Below, one piece after another: positions 47,323 through 57,122 of a stretch of DNA of 64,000 nt. Made by a program: the position numbers and the translations under genes. How positions within the stretch are numbered: position 1 is the first letter of the stretch; each line of letters starts with the position of its first letter. The notes under the pieces were generated by a model that ran no database searches, was not told where the DNA came from, and was given only the letters and a program-made list of their open reading frames with translations. The stretch spans positions 1,461-65,460 of the IMG/VR virus record IMGVR_UViG_3300006789_000019. One strand, given 5' to 3'. This DNA is from a virus. Taxonomy: Duplodnaviria > Caudoviricetes.

Positions 47323-47934
47323 GTGAGTATGAATCCATTTCACTTAGTAAGTGAATTTGAAAAACAAATGGCAGAGTATTGCGGAAGCAAGTATGCTATT
47401 GCCACCGACTGTTGTACACACGCACTGTTCTTGAGTTTGTATTACGACAAACAACAAAAAGGTTTCACCAGTGTTAGTATGCCCAAGAACACATATGTTA
47501 GTGCGCCTATGCAATGCATACACTTAGGACTTGATGTTAATTTTGTTGACAAAGAGTGGACTGGATGTTATACTATAGGTAACACCAATGTTGTAGATTG
47601 TGCTCCGCGATTGCGTCGAGGAATGTACGAAAGTGGCACTAGTACTTGTATTAGTTTTCAGTTTAAGAAAATTCTCAGCACTGTTAAAGGCGGAATGATT
47701 CTCTCAGACGATCGAGAATTTTACAATTGGGCGCAACGTGCAGTACACGATGGCAGAGATATGAGCGTACCATACGAAGAAGATACTATTACATTCTTGG
47801 GTTGGCACTACTTTATGACACCAGAGATTGCACAAATTGGTTTGAGTAAATTACAAATACTGCCAGACTACAACGAAGATAAAGCTGGATCACATACATA
47901 TCCAGATGTAAGTTACATAAAGGATTTTAAATGA
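47323..47934 (+). CDS. DegT/DnrJ/EryC1/StrS sugar aminotransferase (short form)
   Basis: FEK..AEY.G..YA.A...CT.AL, DCA, SFQFKK, GGMI. Confidence 0.85.
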   Translation: MSMNPFHLVSEFEKQMAEYCGSKYAIATDCCTHALFLSLYYDKQQKGFTSVSMPKNTYVSAPMQCIHLGLDVNFVDKEWTGCYTIGNTNVVDCAPRLRRGMYESGTSTCISFQFKKILSTVKGGMILSDDREFYNWAQRAVHDGRDMSVPYEEDTITFLGWHYFMTPEIAQIGLSKLQILPDYNEDKAGSHTYPDVSYIKDFK

Positions 47935-49127
47935 GACAAGTAACAAAAGTACAATCGTGTCGTGCTTGCGGCAACACAGACCTAAAAACTGTGTTCGATA
48001 TGGGCGAGCTGAAAATTAACGCATTTATGGACAAGCCCAACACAGACGTAGGTAGTGCTCCACTAACACTGGTACACTGCAACGAGTGTGATTTAATTCA
48101 ACTAGACCACAGTGTAAGAGAAGAAGACTTATACAAAAACTATTGGTACTTGTCAGGATTGAATAAAAAAATTGTTGACAATCTTCAAAGTATTACACAA
48201 GCACTAATGGACATTGTTCCAATGTCTGAAGGTGATATTGCAGTTGACATTGGCGCAAACGATGGCACATTGCTCAGCTTCTATCCAGACAGCGTGTATA
48301 CTGTAGGTGTTGATCCTGCACAAAACATTCACAGCGAACTAGAAAAGAACTGCAACAAAATGATTGGTGACTTTTTTACCAAAGACAACTTTGATGCTGC
48401 TATGGGCAAAGGTACACTAGCAAAGATTATTACCACTGTTGCTATGTTCTACGACTTAGATGATCCAAATAGTTTTGTCAGAGGTATCAAGGATACACTA
48501 CACCCAGAAGGTGTTTGGTTATGTCAACTTATGACTGCTCGTCCAATGCTAGACACCAATGACATTGGCAATGTTATCCACGAACACATTGAATACTACA
48601 CTTATAAGAGTTTGGTTTACCTAATGGAAAAGCACGACTTGGAAATATTCGAAGTACGTGAAAACGACATCAATGGTGGTAGCTATCAGTTGTTTATTCG
48701 TCACCGAATCAGTGACAGTGTTGAATACCCTGAAAGCATTGACGCAACAACTATTGCACAATGGCAAACTGATATGGAAAAGAATCGCACTGAAACTGTA
48801 GACTTTCTAAAACAAGAAGTAGCCAATGGCAAGACAGTGTACATTATGGGTGCTAGCACAAAGGGCAATACTATTATGCAATACTATGGACTAGACAGTG
48901 ATCTTATCAGTGGTGCGGCAGAAATACACCCAGACAAAATTGGCAAGTACCTAGTAGGAAGTAGTATTCCTATTGTACACGAAGATGAAGCCAAGAGCAA
49001 AGCAGATTACTTTTTAGTGTTACCGTTTCACTTTCGTGAACTGTTTGTTAATAAAATCTTAAAGGATTGGATTGACGAAGGCGGTAAGCTAATTTTCTGT
49101 ACACCAAAGTTTGAAGTAGTTGGTTAG
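47931..49127 (+). CDS. NDP-sugar C-methyltransferase (NovU/EryBIII/TylC3-like)
   Basis: CRACG and C..C.LIQL Zn site, Y.Y.S, DIGANDGTLL, HEH..YY, GAS.KGNT. Confidence 0.9.
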   Translation: MRQVTKVQSCRACGNTDLKTVFDMGELKINAFMDKPNTDVGSAPLTLVHCNECDLIQLDHSVREEDLYKNYWYLSGLNKKIVDNLQSITQALMDIVPMSEGDIAVDIGANDGTLLSFYPDSVYTVGVDPAQNIHSELEKNCNKMIGDFFTKDNFDAAMGKGTLAKIITTVAMFYDLDDPNSFVRGIKDTLHPEGVWLCQLMTARPMLDTNDIGNVIHEHIEYYTYKSLVYLMEKHDLEIFEVRENDINGGSYQLFIRHRISDSVEYPESIDATTIAQWQTDMEKNRTETVDFLKQEVANGKTVYIMGASTKGNTIMQYYGLDSDLISGAAEIHPDKIGKYLVGSSIPIVHEDEAKSKADYFLVLPFHFRELFVNKILKDWIDEGGKLIFCTPKFEVVG

Positions 49128-49152
49128 CAGTTAACCTACACCTTACAAAAAC

Positions 49153-49177
49153 AAAAAGCACCTTAACGGTGCTTTTT
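49153..49177. terminator. bidirectional intrinsic terminator between convergent genes
   Basis: AAAAAGCACC-TTAAC-GGTGCTTTTT. Confidence 0.85.
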
Positions 49178-50569
49178 TTATATGCTGTGCAAGTATTCGT
49201 ATAATGCTTGTTCTTCTTTTTCTGCTACTTCAAACAGTGTTTGGAAATTGTGTCTAACAATATCCTGTTGATTCATTCGCTGTTCCTTCCATTGTTGAGT
49301 TGTAAGTTTGCCTATGTTATATACACATTGTATAACTGCTTCCCAACGTTCTACATCATCTTCGATGTCGTCGTAGCTTTCGTCCCAGAAGTCTCCAAAT
49401 GTACGAAACCCTTTTGATTTTAAGAACTCAAGTGTGCCGCTATTGCCTAAAACAATAAATGGTGTGCAAGTTATGATGGCCATAATTAATGCATCACTGA
49501 TAAACATTTTACTGCCTTCGGCCCACGTTTCTGTTGTAATACTAAACGCACTAGCATTGTATTCATTTTTAATACCAGTCATAGCATCAATTTCAGCACA
49601 GTTGTTTGTGCTAAAGTCTACTGGATCAATTGAAAATGGAAGATAGTAATATAGATGAAGTGTCCAATTACGATAGGCTTCCCAGTTGATTAAATCCTTT
49701 GTGTTGAAATACTCTGTGCTGCCTTTAAGGTGTAAATCACAATAGGAAGTAGTAACATTTTGTCCAAACAAGTCTTTTGGAAAACTCCAGTTAATGCCAC
49801 TTATGTGACGACCGAGAACTTCGTTGTGATAACCATTAATAGCATTATAGTTGCTGTAAGAAATAACTTCATGTTTTAGTTGCCAAAGGCGAGTCAAAAT
49901 ATAAGCCCTGTGTACTTTAGGGAAACGATTAGGACTAATAGCAAAATGAACAATGTCATCGGGGTGACAGGGTTCGTAATAAAAGTCATCTGGTGTTAGA
50001 TTGTTCGAATGCAGGATGTTTACAATACTGTAAAGAAATTGACAGATACTTTTAACATTTACACGGCTTTTGCCTTTGCAGTATTCTTCAGCGTTCATAT
50101 CGCCTGTTATCCAAGTAACTGATTCTGGGCGTAATCCCAAGTGCTCACATCTGGCTTCCAAGTGTAAGTGTACGTTATCACTTTCGCTGTCGTTGTGCTT
50201 GTTTTCGTAGATTGGTCCCCAACTTTCTTGTGCAGTGTGTACAATAATATGTATGCGTCCGGCATTAACTTCTTTGTACCATTCCTGTGGAATCAAGTCT
50301 AATACTGTGCCATTGTATAAAAAGCTGTTTGGTTCTTCTTGATAATTGCCGTTGTGATAGAACCAAACAATCTGTGTTTTGCCGTTTAGTTCATCAATTG
50401 GCAATGGCTTTTCAATTTCTATACCCGGTACTGACGTGGTGTCCATTACCATTGGCCAAAGAGGGTTTGGCCAATTATAATCGCCGGGGGTTTTCAGAAA
50501 CAATATTGGATTGTTTTCATTGCTCCTAAACCCTGTTTCAATAGTATAGTTAGGTGGTTGTGTTGTCAT
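49178..50569 (-). CDS. putative glycosyltransferase-like protein; paralogue of 41140..42504
   Basis: PNR.PK.HR, FSITTET, PFIVLG, GFRTF..FWDESYDDIEDD.ER. Confidence 0.6.
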   Translation of the reverse strand: MTTQPPNYTIETGFRSNENNPILFLKTPGDYNWPNPLWPMVMDTTSVPGIEIEKPLPIDELNGKTQIVWFYHNGNYQEEPNSFLYNGTVLDLIPQEWYKEVNAGRIHIIVHTAQESWGPIYENKHNDSESDNVHLHLEARCEHLGLRPESVTWITGDMNAEEYCKGKSRVNVKSICQFLYSIVNILHSNNLTPDDFYYEPCHPDDIVHFAISPNRFPKVHRAYILTRLWQLKHEVISYSNYNAINGYHNEVLGRHISGINWSFPKDLFGQNVTTSYCDLHLKGSTEYFNTKDLINWEAYRNWTLHLYYYLPFSIDPVDFSTNNCAEIDAMTGIKNEYNASAFSITTETWAEGSKMFISDALIMAIITCTPFIVLGNSGTLEFLKSKGFRTFGDFWDESYDDIEDDVERWEAVIQCVYNIGKLTTQQWKEQRMNQQDIVRHNFQTLFEVAEKEEQALYEYLHSI

Positions 50570-52169
50570 CTTTTTTTATTTCTGTGCGTAGCTTTTGGTA
50601 TTCTAACTTACAAACATTGTAGAAGCTTGTCATCTCAGGTAAGCTCTTTGTAAAGTCTGTGCCTCGACGTTTGTCGTATTCTATTATAAATTCATAGAAC
50701 CTAGCTCGTTGTTTGGCAATGTCTTGACGTGTTGTTGTTTCGTCGTGGTTACGAGCATCTTTAACCGCAATTAGTGCGTCAACAAAAATACGCTTTAGCT
50801 TTAGAGCTTCCAAGCTTTCAAATCCCAGCAGTCCGTGCCATTCATTGTTTGCTAAGTTTTTGTACATAAAATCAACTGCTGGCAGTAGATATTCTTGTAG
50901 CATTTCCATAGATGCAATATTAGCATCTAAAAACTCTGGCGCCCTCACATATGGAATATCAACTCCTACGCGATTTCCAATTTCACTTTTGCTATCACGG
51001 TCTATTAAGTTAGGCATATACGGTATTCTATATGTGCTTAGTCCATATTGCAAGCTGGTGTTTGTATCCATACCGCTTTCGTTGAGCCATTTGTACATGC
51101 CGTTCTTATTGTAACGGCGCTTGAGAAACAATACATATTCTAAGAAGTCTTTGAATGTCGTAATACTCAAAATGTTAAATGCTGCCATAAATGTAAGCCG
51201 TGTATTATATGTATTTTCCATAAAGTAGTCAATGTTACTTTTAAACAATTCCCAGTCCATGCCAGTACGTGTATATTCAGCAGCTATATTTGAATTTTCA
51301 GCACTTGTAAATAGTGTAAATTTTTTAATGCTTTTGCTACTAATTAGTTGGTTAACTAAGTCTGTAAACTTCAACCATAGCTTTGCAGGAGGACAACCAT
51401 TTGAGTTAATAGCTAGTTCCAGTTCTGGCTCTGGGTGTTCTAGCAAGTGTTCCATAACTTTAAATGTGTGCTTGCTCATAAGTGGCTCACCACCTGTGAT
51501 ACGCAATGTATGCATATGCTTTTTAGCTTCTGGAAACCATTTCCAAAATGCTTCTGTGTATGGATTTTCATCACTGGCTTTTAAAGGAACGTCTGTCACA
51601 TGGTTAAAATCGGTGCCGTGACTTAATTTGTATGGACCTTGTTGTTTAATTTCTTCAGCCCATTTACTACTAAATGCAGGGCCACAATACGCACATTTAA
51701 AGTTACAGGCATGTGAAAAACTTACCTCTACGTAACGTGGGAAAATATTTTCATCGCCATTTAACTGTATTATGTCGTCGTGGTCGTGAATACTATATTG
51801 ATCTAAGCTTTTCAATGCACGGTCACTTATTTCTCCAGTATTGTCTTCTATTCTCCAACAAAAGTCACACTCACTAGGGCGCTCGCCATTAAGCATTTGC
51901 TTACGGGCTTTTTTCTTTACTTCGGTGTTATGCAATGCACCTGGGTTATCTTTTAGTTCTTCTAAATCAATTTTGTGTGCAACAGGGTGGTGACAACTGT
52001 GTGTTAGTCCTACTCCCAAATGCATAGTAACTTGTGTCCACTTTGCCAAGCACATGCCGGGACCAGTTTCATTAAGTAAATCACGCATAACAATACGGTT
52101 ATGTTCATTGCCTGGAATAAATCCATTTTTATTCTTTTCCCAAGGCATATCGTTAATTTGTTTTTTCAT
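50550..52169 (-). CDS. radical SAM protein with N-terminal twitch domain
   Basis: CLAKW...SCHH...CDFCW, CNFKCAYC, TGGEPL, NSN. Confidence 0.9.
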   Translation of the reverse strand: MKKQINDMPWEKNKNGFIPGNEHNRIVMRDLLNETGPGMCLAKWTQVTMHLGVGLTHSCHHPVAHKIDLEELKDNPGALHNTEVKKKARKQMLNGERPSECDFCWRIEDNTGEISDRALKSLDQYSIHDHDDIIQLNGDENIFPRYVEVSFSHACNFKCAYCGPAFSSKWAEEIKQQGPYKLSHGTDFNHVTDVPLKASDENPYTEAFWKWFPEAKKHMHTLRITGGEPLMSKHTFKVMEHLLEHPEPELELAINSNGCPPAKLWLKFTDLVNQLISSKSIKKFTLFTSAENSNIAAEYTRTGMDWELFKSNIDYFMENTYNTRLTFMAAFNILSITTFKDFLEYVLFLKRRYNKNGMYKWLNESGMDTNTSLQYGLSTYRIPYMPNLIDRDSKSEIGNRVGVDIPYVRAPEFLDANIASMEMLQEYLLPAVDFMYKNLANNEWHGLLGFESLEALKLKRIFVDALIAVKDARNHDETTTRQDIAKQRARFYEFIIEYDKRRGTDFTKSLPEMTSFYNVCKLEYQKLRTEIKKDDNTTT

Positions 52170-52993
52170 ATCGCCATTCTCATTGGTATTGTTGGATGAT
52201 GTACATAATCATCTAATATATATTCATCTACTGATGACATTAATACTGCATCAATTGATGCAAACTTAGGCATTTGTAATTTAGGTAATGCCATTGGGTT
52301 TCGTTGTATTTGTTCTTTAAGTGCTGGAACATGGTCAATATAGATATGCATATCACCTACACTGTGGACAAAATCGCCTACCTCTAAATCACAGATTGAT
52401 GCAATCACGTGTGTTAACAAAGCATATGATGCAATATTAAATGGTGCGCCCAATCCTACGTCCATTGATCTTTGATATAGCTGACAACTTAATTTGCCGT
52501 TACTAACATAGAACTGAAACATAGTGTGACACGGTGGAAGAGCCATATCAGGAAGCTCTGATGGATTCCATGCTGACACAATAATGCGTCTACTATCTGG
52601 ATTTGTTTTAATTTCGTTAATAGCCCAATTGATTTGGTCTACACCACCAAAATTGCGCCATTGCTTGCCATATACTGGGCCTAACTCACCTGGATTATAC
52701 CCTAATGCTTTACCTTGGCTGTCTGCATTATCTGTCCAAATTGTACGCTTGGTCTTATCACCATGTGTTATCTCAGCCAAACGGTAGTTGTCTGTGCTGC
52801 CTTCTAAGAACCATAATAGTTCTCCTACACATGCCTTCCATGCTAACTTTTTTGTTGTTACTGCTGGAAATCCTTCTTTAAGATCAAAACGCATCTGATA
52901 ACCAAAAACACCAATGGTGCCGACTCCAGTTCTGTCAGTTCGTTCTTCACCATTGTCTAGCACATGTTGTAGTGCTTCTACATATTGTTTCAT
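52166..52993 (-). CDS. thyA: thymidylate synthase (start revised to MKQY)
   Basis: DRTGVGT, ELLWFL, GPVYGKQWR, SRR, ALPPCH, YQRSMD..LG.PFNIASY. Confidence 0.97.
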   Translation of the reverse strand: MKQYVEALQHVLDNGEERTDRTGVGTIGVFGYQMRFDLKEGFPAVTTKKLAWKACVGELLWFLEGSTDNYRLAEITHGDKTKRTIWTDNADSQGKALGYNPGELGPVYGKQWRNFGGVDQINWAINEIKTNPDSRRIIVSAWNPSELPDMALPPCHTMFQFYVSNGKLSCQLYQRSMDVGLGAPFNIASYALLTHVIASICDLEVGDFVHSVGDMHIYIDHVPALKEQIQRNPMALPKLQMPKFASIDAVLMSSVDEYILDDYVHHPTIPMRMAI

Positions 52994-53478
52994 TTTCTTT
53001 TCCAACTTTCTATTTCAATATGCTTGTGTTCAACTTTTGTTTTTTTAAAATTCTTTTTTATGTATTCGTAAGGCAAAATAGTATCACATTCCCAGTCGCC
53101 TGAGATTTTTGTTATTAAAATATGGTCAACATTATCGCGAACCAAATTAAATAGTTGGGCGCCGCCAATAATTATTGCTGTTTCTTTAAAATCTTTATTA
53201 CTTAATTCATGCAATAACTTACTAGTAGACCAATATTCGTCTGCGCCAGCTGCTGGTCTTCTTGTGACTACTATGTTTTTACGATTAGACAATGGCTTTT
53301 TTGGTAAACTATCCCATGTTATGCGGCCCATTACAATTGTAGATTCTTCTGTGACAGATTGGAACCATTTCATATCATGCTTTTGTGTAGGCCATGGCAT
53401 ATCACCATCTTTGCCAATGCCCCATTTTTCATCACATGCAAAAATTGCTGTTAATCCAGTTTGTTTTATTTTTTTCAT
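52990..53478 (-). CDS. folA: dihydrofolate reductase
   Basis: GIG..G.MPW....D..WF, VMGR.TW.SLP..PL..R.NIV, IIGG, CDT. Confidence 0.95.
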   Translation of the reverse strand: MKKIKQTGLTAIFACDEKWGIGKDGDMPWPTQKHDMKWFQSVTEESTIVMGRITWDSLPKKPLSNRKNIVVTRRPAAGADEYWSTSKLLHELSNKDFKETAIIIGGAQLFNLVRDNVDHILITKISGDWECDTILPYEYIKKNFKKTKVEHKHIEIESWKRK

Positions 53479-54455
53479 TCTATACTGTCAACTACCTGAT
53501 CTTCTCTTATCTGCGGTGCCATTCTGCTTGGATTAATATATACACTCTTAAAAAACTTACTTCCTTGTGGACCTAAGTCTGCAAGATCTAACTGCAAATC
53601 TGTCATTAAATTATGACCAAGCTCAAGTGTTTTTTCTTTTAATACTTCTTTATTCCAGCGTAGGCCAGTTCGAATATCAATTTCATTACCGCCTTCAAAC
53701 TGCGGAACAATCGCTGATTCAAAAAAGGTTGTAAGCCATTTAAAGTCACGAACATTTTTCCAATCCCATTTGTCTCGTTCAACGTTTGTCATATAACAAC
53801 CAAGCCTAGCGCCATATATGGCCCAAAGTCCGTTATCAACATCTTCACCTACTGACATCCAAGTAAGTAAACGCTGGAAATTCTTTTTATGTACTAATTT
53901 TCGTAGATTTTGCGGATTAACTACATCACCATCAACTAATCCCATCTTGACCCCTTCACGGAATCCTGCTCGCCAAGCTTGTAATGCGCTACCATTGTTC
54001 ATTACATCACAATAAATATTATTCATTTGCACATAATTAATGTTCCAACAAAAATCTACTTGGGCTCGCTTATCTGCTGCTGGTGCATTTTCATGAGTTT
54101 GCATGTTCATTACAACATCTTTTGGCCAACATTTGATGCCGCCGTTGCCGTACACAAGGCCGTTAATTTCATTTTTACCAGCCCAGCTAATAACGTCGTT
54201 TGGTTTAATACGTTCCATGTCTACCTCGATATTAAAAAATGCCGGGTCAACAATATTGTCTGCATCAATAGTAATAAAACGGTCTGTTTCACTAAGTGCG
54301 GCTGCTGCTTTATGTGCGGCATCACTACCATATACACCATGGCTACGTTGTGCCCACGGGCATTTAGAAGACAAATCTGCAAAATTCTCGTCAGCATTTG
54401 GTTCATCATAGCTTATAAAAATAATATCAAATTCGTTGATACTTGTTAATGACAT
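53475..54455 (-). CDS. GT-A fold (GT2-like) glycosyltransferase; paralogue of 27580..28290
   Basis: SYDEPNAD, IDADN (DxD), YGNGGIK.WP, AWRAGFREG. Confidence 0.75.
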   Translation of the reverse strand: MSLTSINEFDIIFISYDEPNADENFADLSSKCPWAQRSHGVYGSDAAHKAAAALSETDRFITIDADNIVDPAFFNIEVDMERIKPNDVISWAGKNEINGLVYGNGGIKCWPKDVVMNMQTHENAPAADKRAQVDFCWNINYVQMNNIYCDVMNNGSALQAWRAGFREGVKMGLVDGDVVNPQNLRKLVHKKNFQRLLTWMSVGEDVDNGLWAIYGARLGCYMTNVERDKWDWKNVRDFKWLTTFFESAIVPQFEGGNEIDIRTGLRWNKEVLKEKTLELGHNLMTDLQLDLADLGPQGSKFFKSVYINPSRMAPQIREDQVVDSIE

Positions 54456-54456
54456 A

Positions 54457-55455
54457 TTACTCTCCTATATAATTAATTTGTAATTCTTTGCATTGATACA
54501 AAAATATGGGTTTTCTAGGCAATTTAAATCCTGTACTAATTGTTTGTTTATTTTGTTGTATTAGATCTTGACATTTTAATGATATCCCGCCCACCAAATT
54601 ATCTGGAGTAGTATCACAAACTATAATATCTAATTCTTTTTGACTTTGTAATATATATTTATTATCTGTAGACAGTAGGCCGCTATTAACATAGAACTCT
54701 TTATCATTTAATATATTGCGCTGAAATGTTAAATGTTTTTGTTCGTTACTGGTAATTGATTGTTGTATGGATTGGTTGGTTTGGTTAAATGTATTGTTTG
54801 CATTAACATCTGTTTGACTAATAATGAAACTATATGATTTAAATATAGGATTTGTAAATATACTTATATTTTCCAGGCTGGCTATTGATTCCAGTTTTAC
54901 CTGTACCTTTTTCTGTTTAAATAATAGCAATGGATCAATTTCTATTTCCTGTAGTAAATAATCTGGTTGGTTTTTTTCTGTAATATATAAATTAAATTGT
55001 GTACCTTCAGCCAATTGCACTTCGTGTATTTCGTTTATTTTCATATGCTGCTTGATATTTGATACATTTAATGTCATTTCAATAATGCTAGTATCTTTAA
55101 ATAATTCAAGGCACACATCAGCTGATTGCGGATTTTTTCCTTTAATTTGTTTAAATTTGACTACATCACTGCTTTGCAGTACTAGACTGTTTGATTTTGT
55201 AACAATGTCCGGTTGACCAGTAGTAAAATCTTCAACTATTTTGCATTTCTTTAATGATATTTTGCCAGCTAAAATATCAGCAATGATAGTCAGGTGACCA
55301 AATTGATGCACGGTACTAATATTATCGTCATTTTTCTCGATAAATTTAGGACTTAGCCGATAAATTTTCCCAGTTATATTATCAAACTTAATCCACCACT
55401 GTCGGTGCGGTGTTTCTGTTTTAGATTTCTTTGTTGTATGTTGCATATATCTCAT
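54457..55455 (-). CDS. hypothetical phage protein
   Basis: Long intact ORF within the GT operon. Confidence 0.7.
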   Translation of the reverse strand: MRYMQHTTKKSKTETPHRQWWIKFDNITGKIYRLSPKFIEKNDDNISTVHQFGHLTIIADILAGKISLKKCKIVEDFTTGQPDIVTKSNSLVLQSSDVVKFKQIKGKNPQSADVCLELFKDTSIIEMTLNVSNIKQHMKINEIHEVQLAEGTQFNLYITEKNQPDYLLQEIEIDPLLLFKQKKVQVKLESIASLENISIFTNPIFKSYSFIISQTDVNANNTFNQTNQSIQQSITSNEQKHLTFQRNILNDKEFYVNSGLLSTDNKYILQSQKELDIIVCDTTPDNLVGGISLKCQDLIQQNKQTISTGFKLPRKPIFLYQCKELQINYIGE

Positions 55456-56254
55456 CTGTTAAAAAATTAATATTATCATAATAAAATATTGAATTAATAT
55501 TAAAATTTTGTATTTTTACTTTATAATTTGGGTAAATCCAACAATTTAGATAATTTACCCAATCATTACTGCCTGAGTTAGCAATAGATCGTTGGCTATA
55601 CGTTTCATATGTCATGTCAATGACTGTAACTGGCTGATGATTTGTTATCAAATAATCATCTGGTTGTTGAAAACAATTAATTACAATACTATGCATCTGA
55701 CTTGGATCATAATACTTTTTTATATGCTTTTTATTAGTTAAAATTTCTGTCTGTGCTTGTTGCCAGTTCTGCATTATTGGTTCAGCTAGTTTAAAATATT
55801 CTAAACTAGCGTCAGATTTATTAAAATAAAACATAATAGTAGACGGTTTAAGTAAATTATTATCTTCATAATAACCATCTAACTTAGTTATTGTATCATA
55901 ATTAAATCTAGATTCACTAGTTAAAAAGCATACATTATAACTATGTTCAAAAAAATCAAAAGCTGAGTCTAAATTTTGGCATACAATTGTACTATGATGA
56001 ATAAATATTGAGTTATCATAAGGCGATGTATAATACAATTGCCAATCATTTGCACGTAATTCTTTTGCACTTTTGTTTGGTAACTCGATAATATAATCAA
56101 ATGCCGCTTCAAATTTGGAGTTTATATTTACTAATTTGTCAATTACCAATGTTACACTTGCATTTGGATTATGAATCTTAATACTATTTGCCAGTGTAGC
56201 GGCTGACTTTTGTTCAGTTTTTGTGTTTGCTGATGTTATAAACCCTCTATTCAT
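55421..56254 (-). CDS. GT8-like protein, DxD apparently degenerate
   Basis: A..LANSIK..N, NDWQLY..SPYD.SIF followed by IHHS where DxD is expected; YFNKS. Confidence 0.55.
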   Translation of the reverse strand: MNRGFITSANTKTEQKSAATLANSIKIHNPNASVTLVIDKLVNINSKFEAAFDYIIELPNKSAKELRANDWQLYYTSPYDNSIFIHHSTIVCQNLDSAFDFFEHSYNVCFLTSESRFNYDTITKLDGYYEDNNLLKPSTIMFYFNKSDASLEYFKLAEPIMQNWQQAQTEILTNKKHIKKYYDPSQMHSIVINCFQQPDDYLITNHQPVTVIDMTYETYSQRSIANSGSNDWVNYLNCWIYPNYKVKIQNFNINSIFYYDNINFLTDEIYATYNKEI

Positions 56255-57119
56255 TATGATCCTCTATTAGTCGACCCAATGCACGTTTGTTCATACAATG
56301 TATGTCATATTTTTCATGTCTAACTAACAAATTTTTCCAATTTTCAACTGGATCATGAGCTAAACATATCCATGTTTCGTCATCTACACTTTTGATTATG
56401 TCGTCTTTCTGACTTAAATTTTGCATGGTGCTATTAAAGTTATTGATGGTGTCACCAGGCAGCATGCCATCTAAAATATGTGCTGCAATACTAACACAAT
56501 AGTCAGTACGATACATATGCCCTGGAAAGTTATATAATAGTTTATAGAACTGATAATTATCTTTAACATGTGCCCACATATCAAAAAATAATTTACTTGT
56601 CTCTGATCGATCAAAATAAACTACTGTACTCCACCACATTTTAATACCATTATAGCTTAACCGTTTTTCATTTGGATGTACTGATGCATTCCTTAAAGTA
56701 GTTGCTTTATCAAACATTGCAACTCCAGTATAAGAATCAAATACATGTTCTAAATAATCAGTCTTTAGAATATAATCAATATCTAACAATAATGTCTGAT
56801 CAAACGGGCTATATTCCCATATCTTATGCTTATTACTGTTAGAAAATTGTGCTTTAAATTCAGTCCATGGACTGTCATGATGAACACGTATATTTTTTTC
56901 CAGACTATCATCAGTCATTACAATATGATCAAATGACTGCATTATAACTTCTTGAGTAAATGATTCTTGAAGCCAAGAGTATGATCCACTATTAGTAATT
57001 AAACAAGTTGGTCTATCTAAATATTTTTTAGCTTTCTTAGCTGCAAACATACTAAGTCTGACATAGTCTATATGTTCGTTATTATACGCATAAAAACAAA
57101 TGCCTTGTGTTGGTTCCAT
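56247..57119 (-). CDS. GT8-like glycosyltransferase
   Basis: SPFDQTLLLDIDY (DxD), W.TVVYF, R.DY..SIA.H, H.MNK. Confidence 0.65.
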   Translation of the reverse strand: MEPTQGICFYAYNNEHIDYVRLSMFAAKKAKKYLDRPTCLITNSGSYSWLQESFTQEVIMQSFDHIVMTDDSLEKNIRVHHDSPWTEFKAQFSNSNKHKIWEYSPFDQTLLLDIDYILKTDYLEHVFDSYTGVAMFDKATTLRNASVHPNEKRLSYNGIKMWWSTVVYFDRSETSKLFFDMWAHVKDNYQFYKLLYNFPGHMYRTDYCVSIAAHILDGMLPGDTINNFNSTMQNLSQKDDIIKSVDDETWICLAHDPVENWKNLLVRHEKYDIHCMNKRALGRLIEDHNE

Positions 57120-57122
57120 TTA

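Noticed and set aside
47267-47326. 19-codon ORF MKKNIFLQAELYLKELGLL bridging the cupin and DegT genes
   Set aside because: Too short to support as a gene; it may be a deletion remnant or a coupling spacer.
29106-49127. Bacterial chromosome or LPS locus rather than phage DNA
   Set aside because: It is contiguous with virion and T4-like replication genes, uses the same late-type promoter motif, and has no wzx/wzy/ABC exporter or housekeeping synteny.
52166-52993. thyA as a dCMP hydroxymethylase feeding the adjacent glycosyltransferases (T4-style glucosyl-hmC)
   Set aside because: It keeps the dUMP-specifying Asn (PFNIASY) and all canonical ThyA motifs, and is coupled to DHFR.
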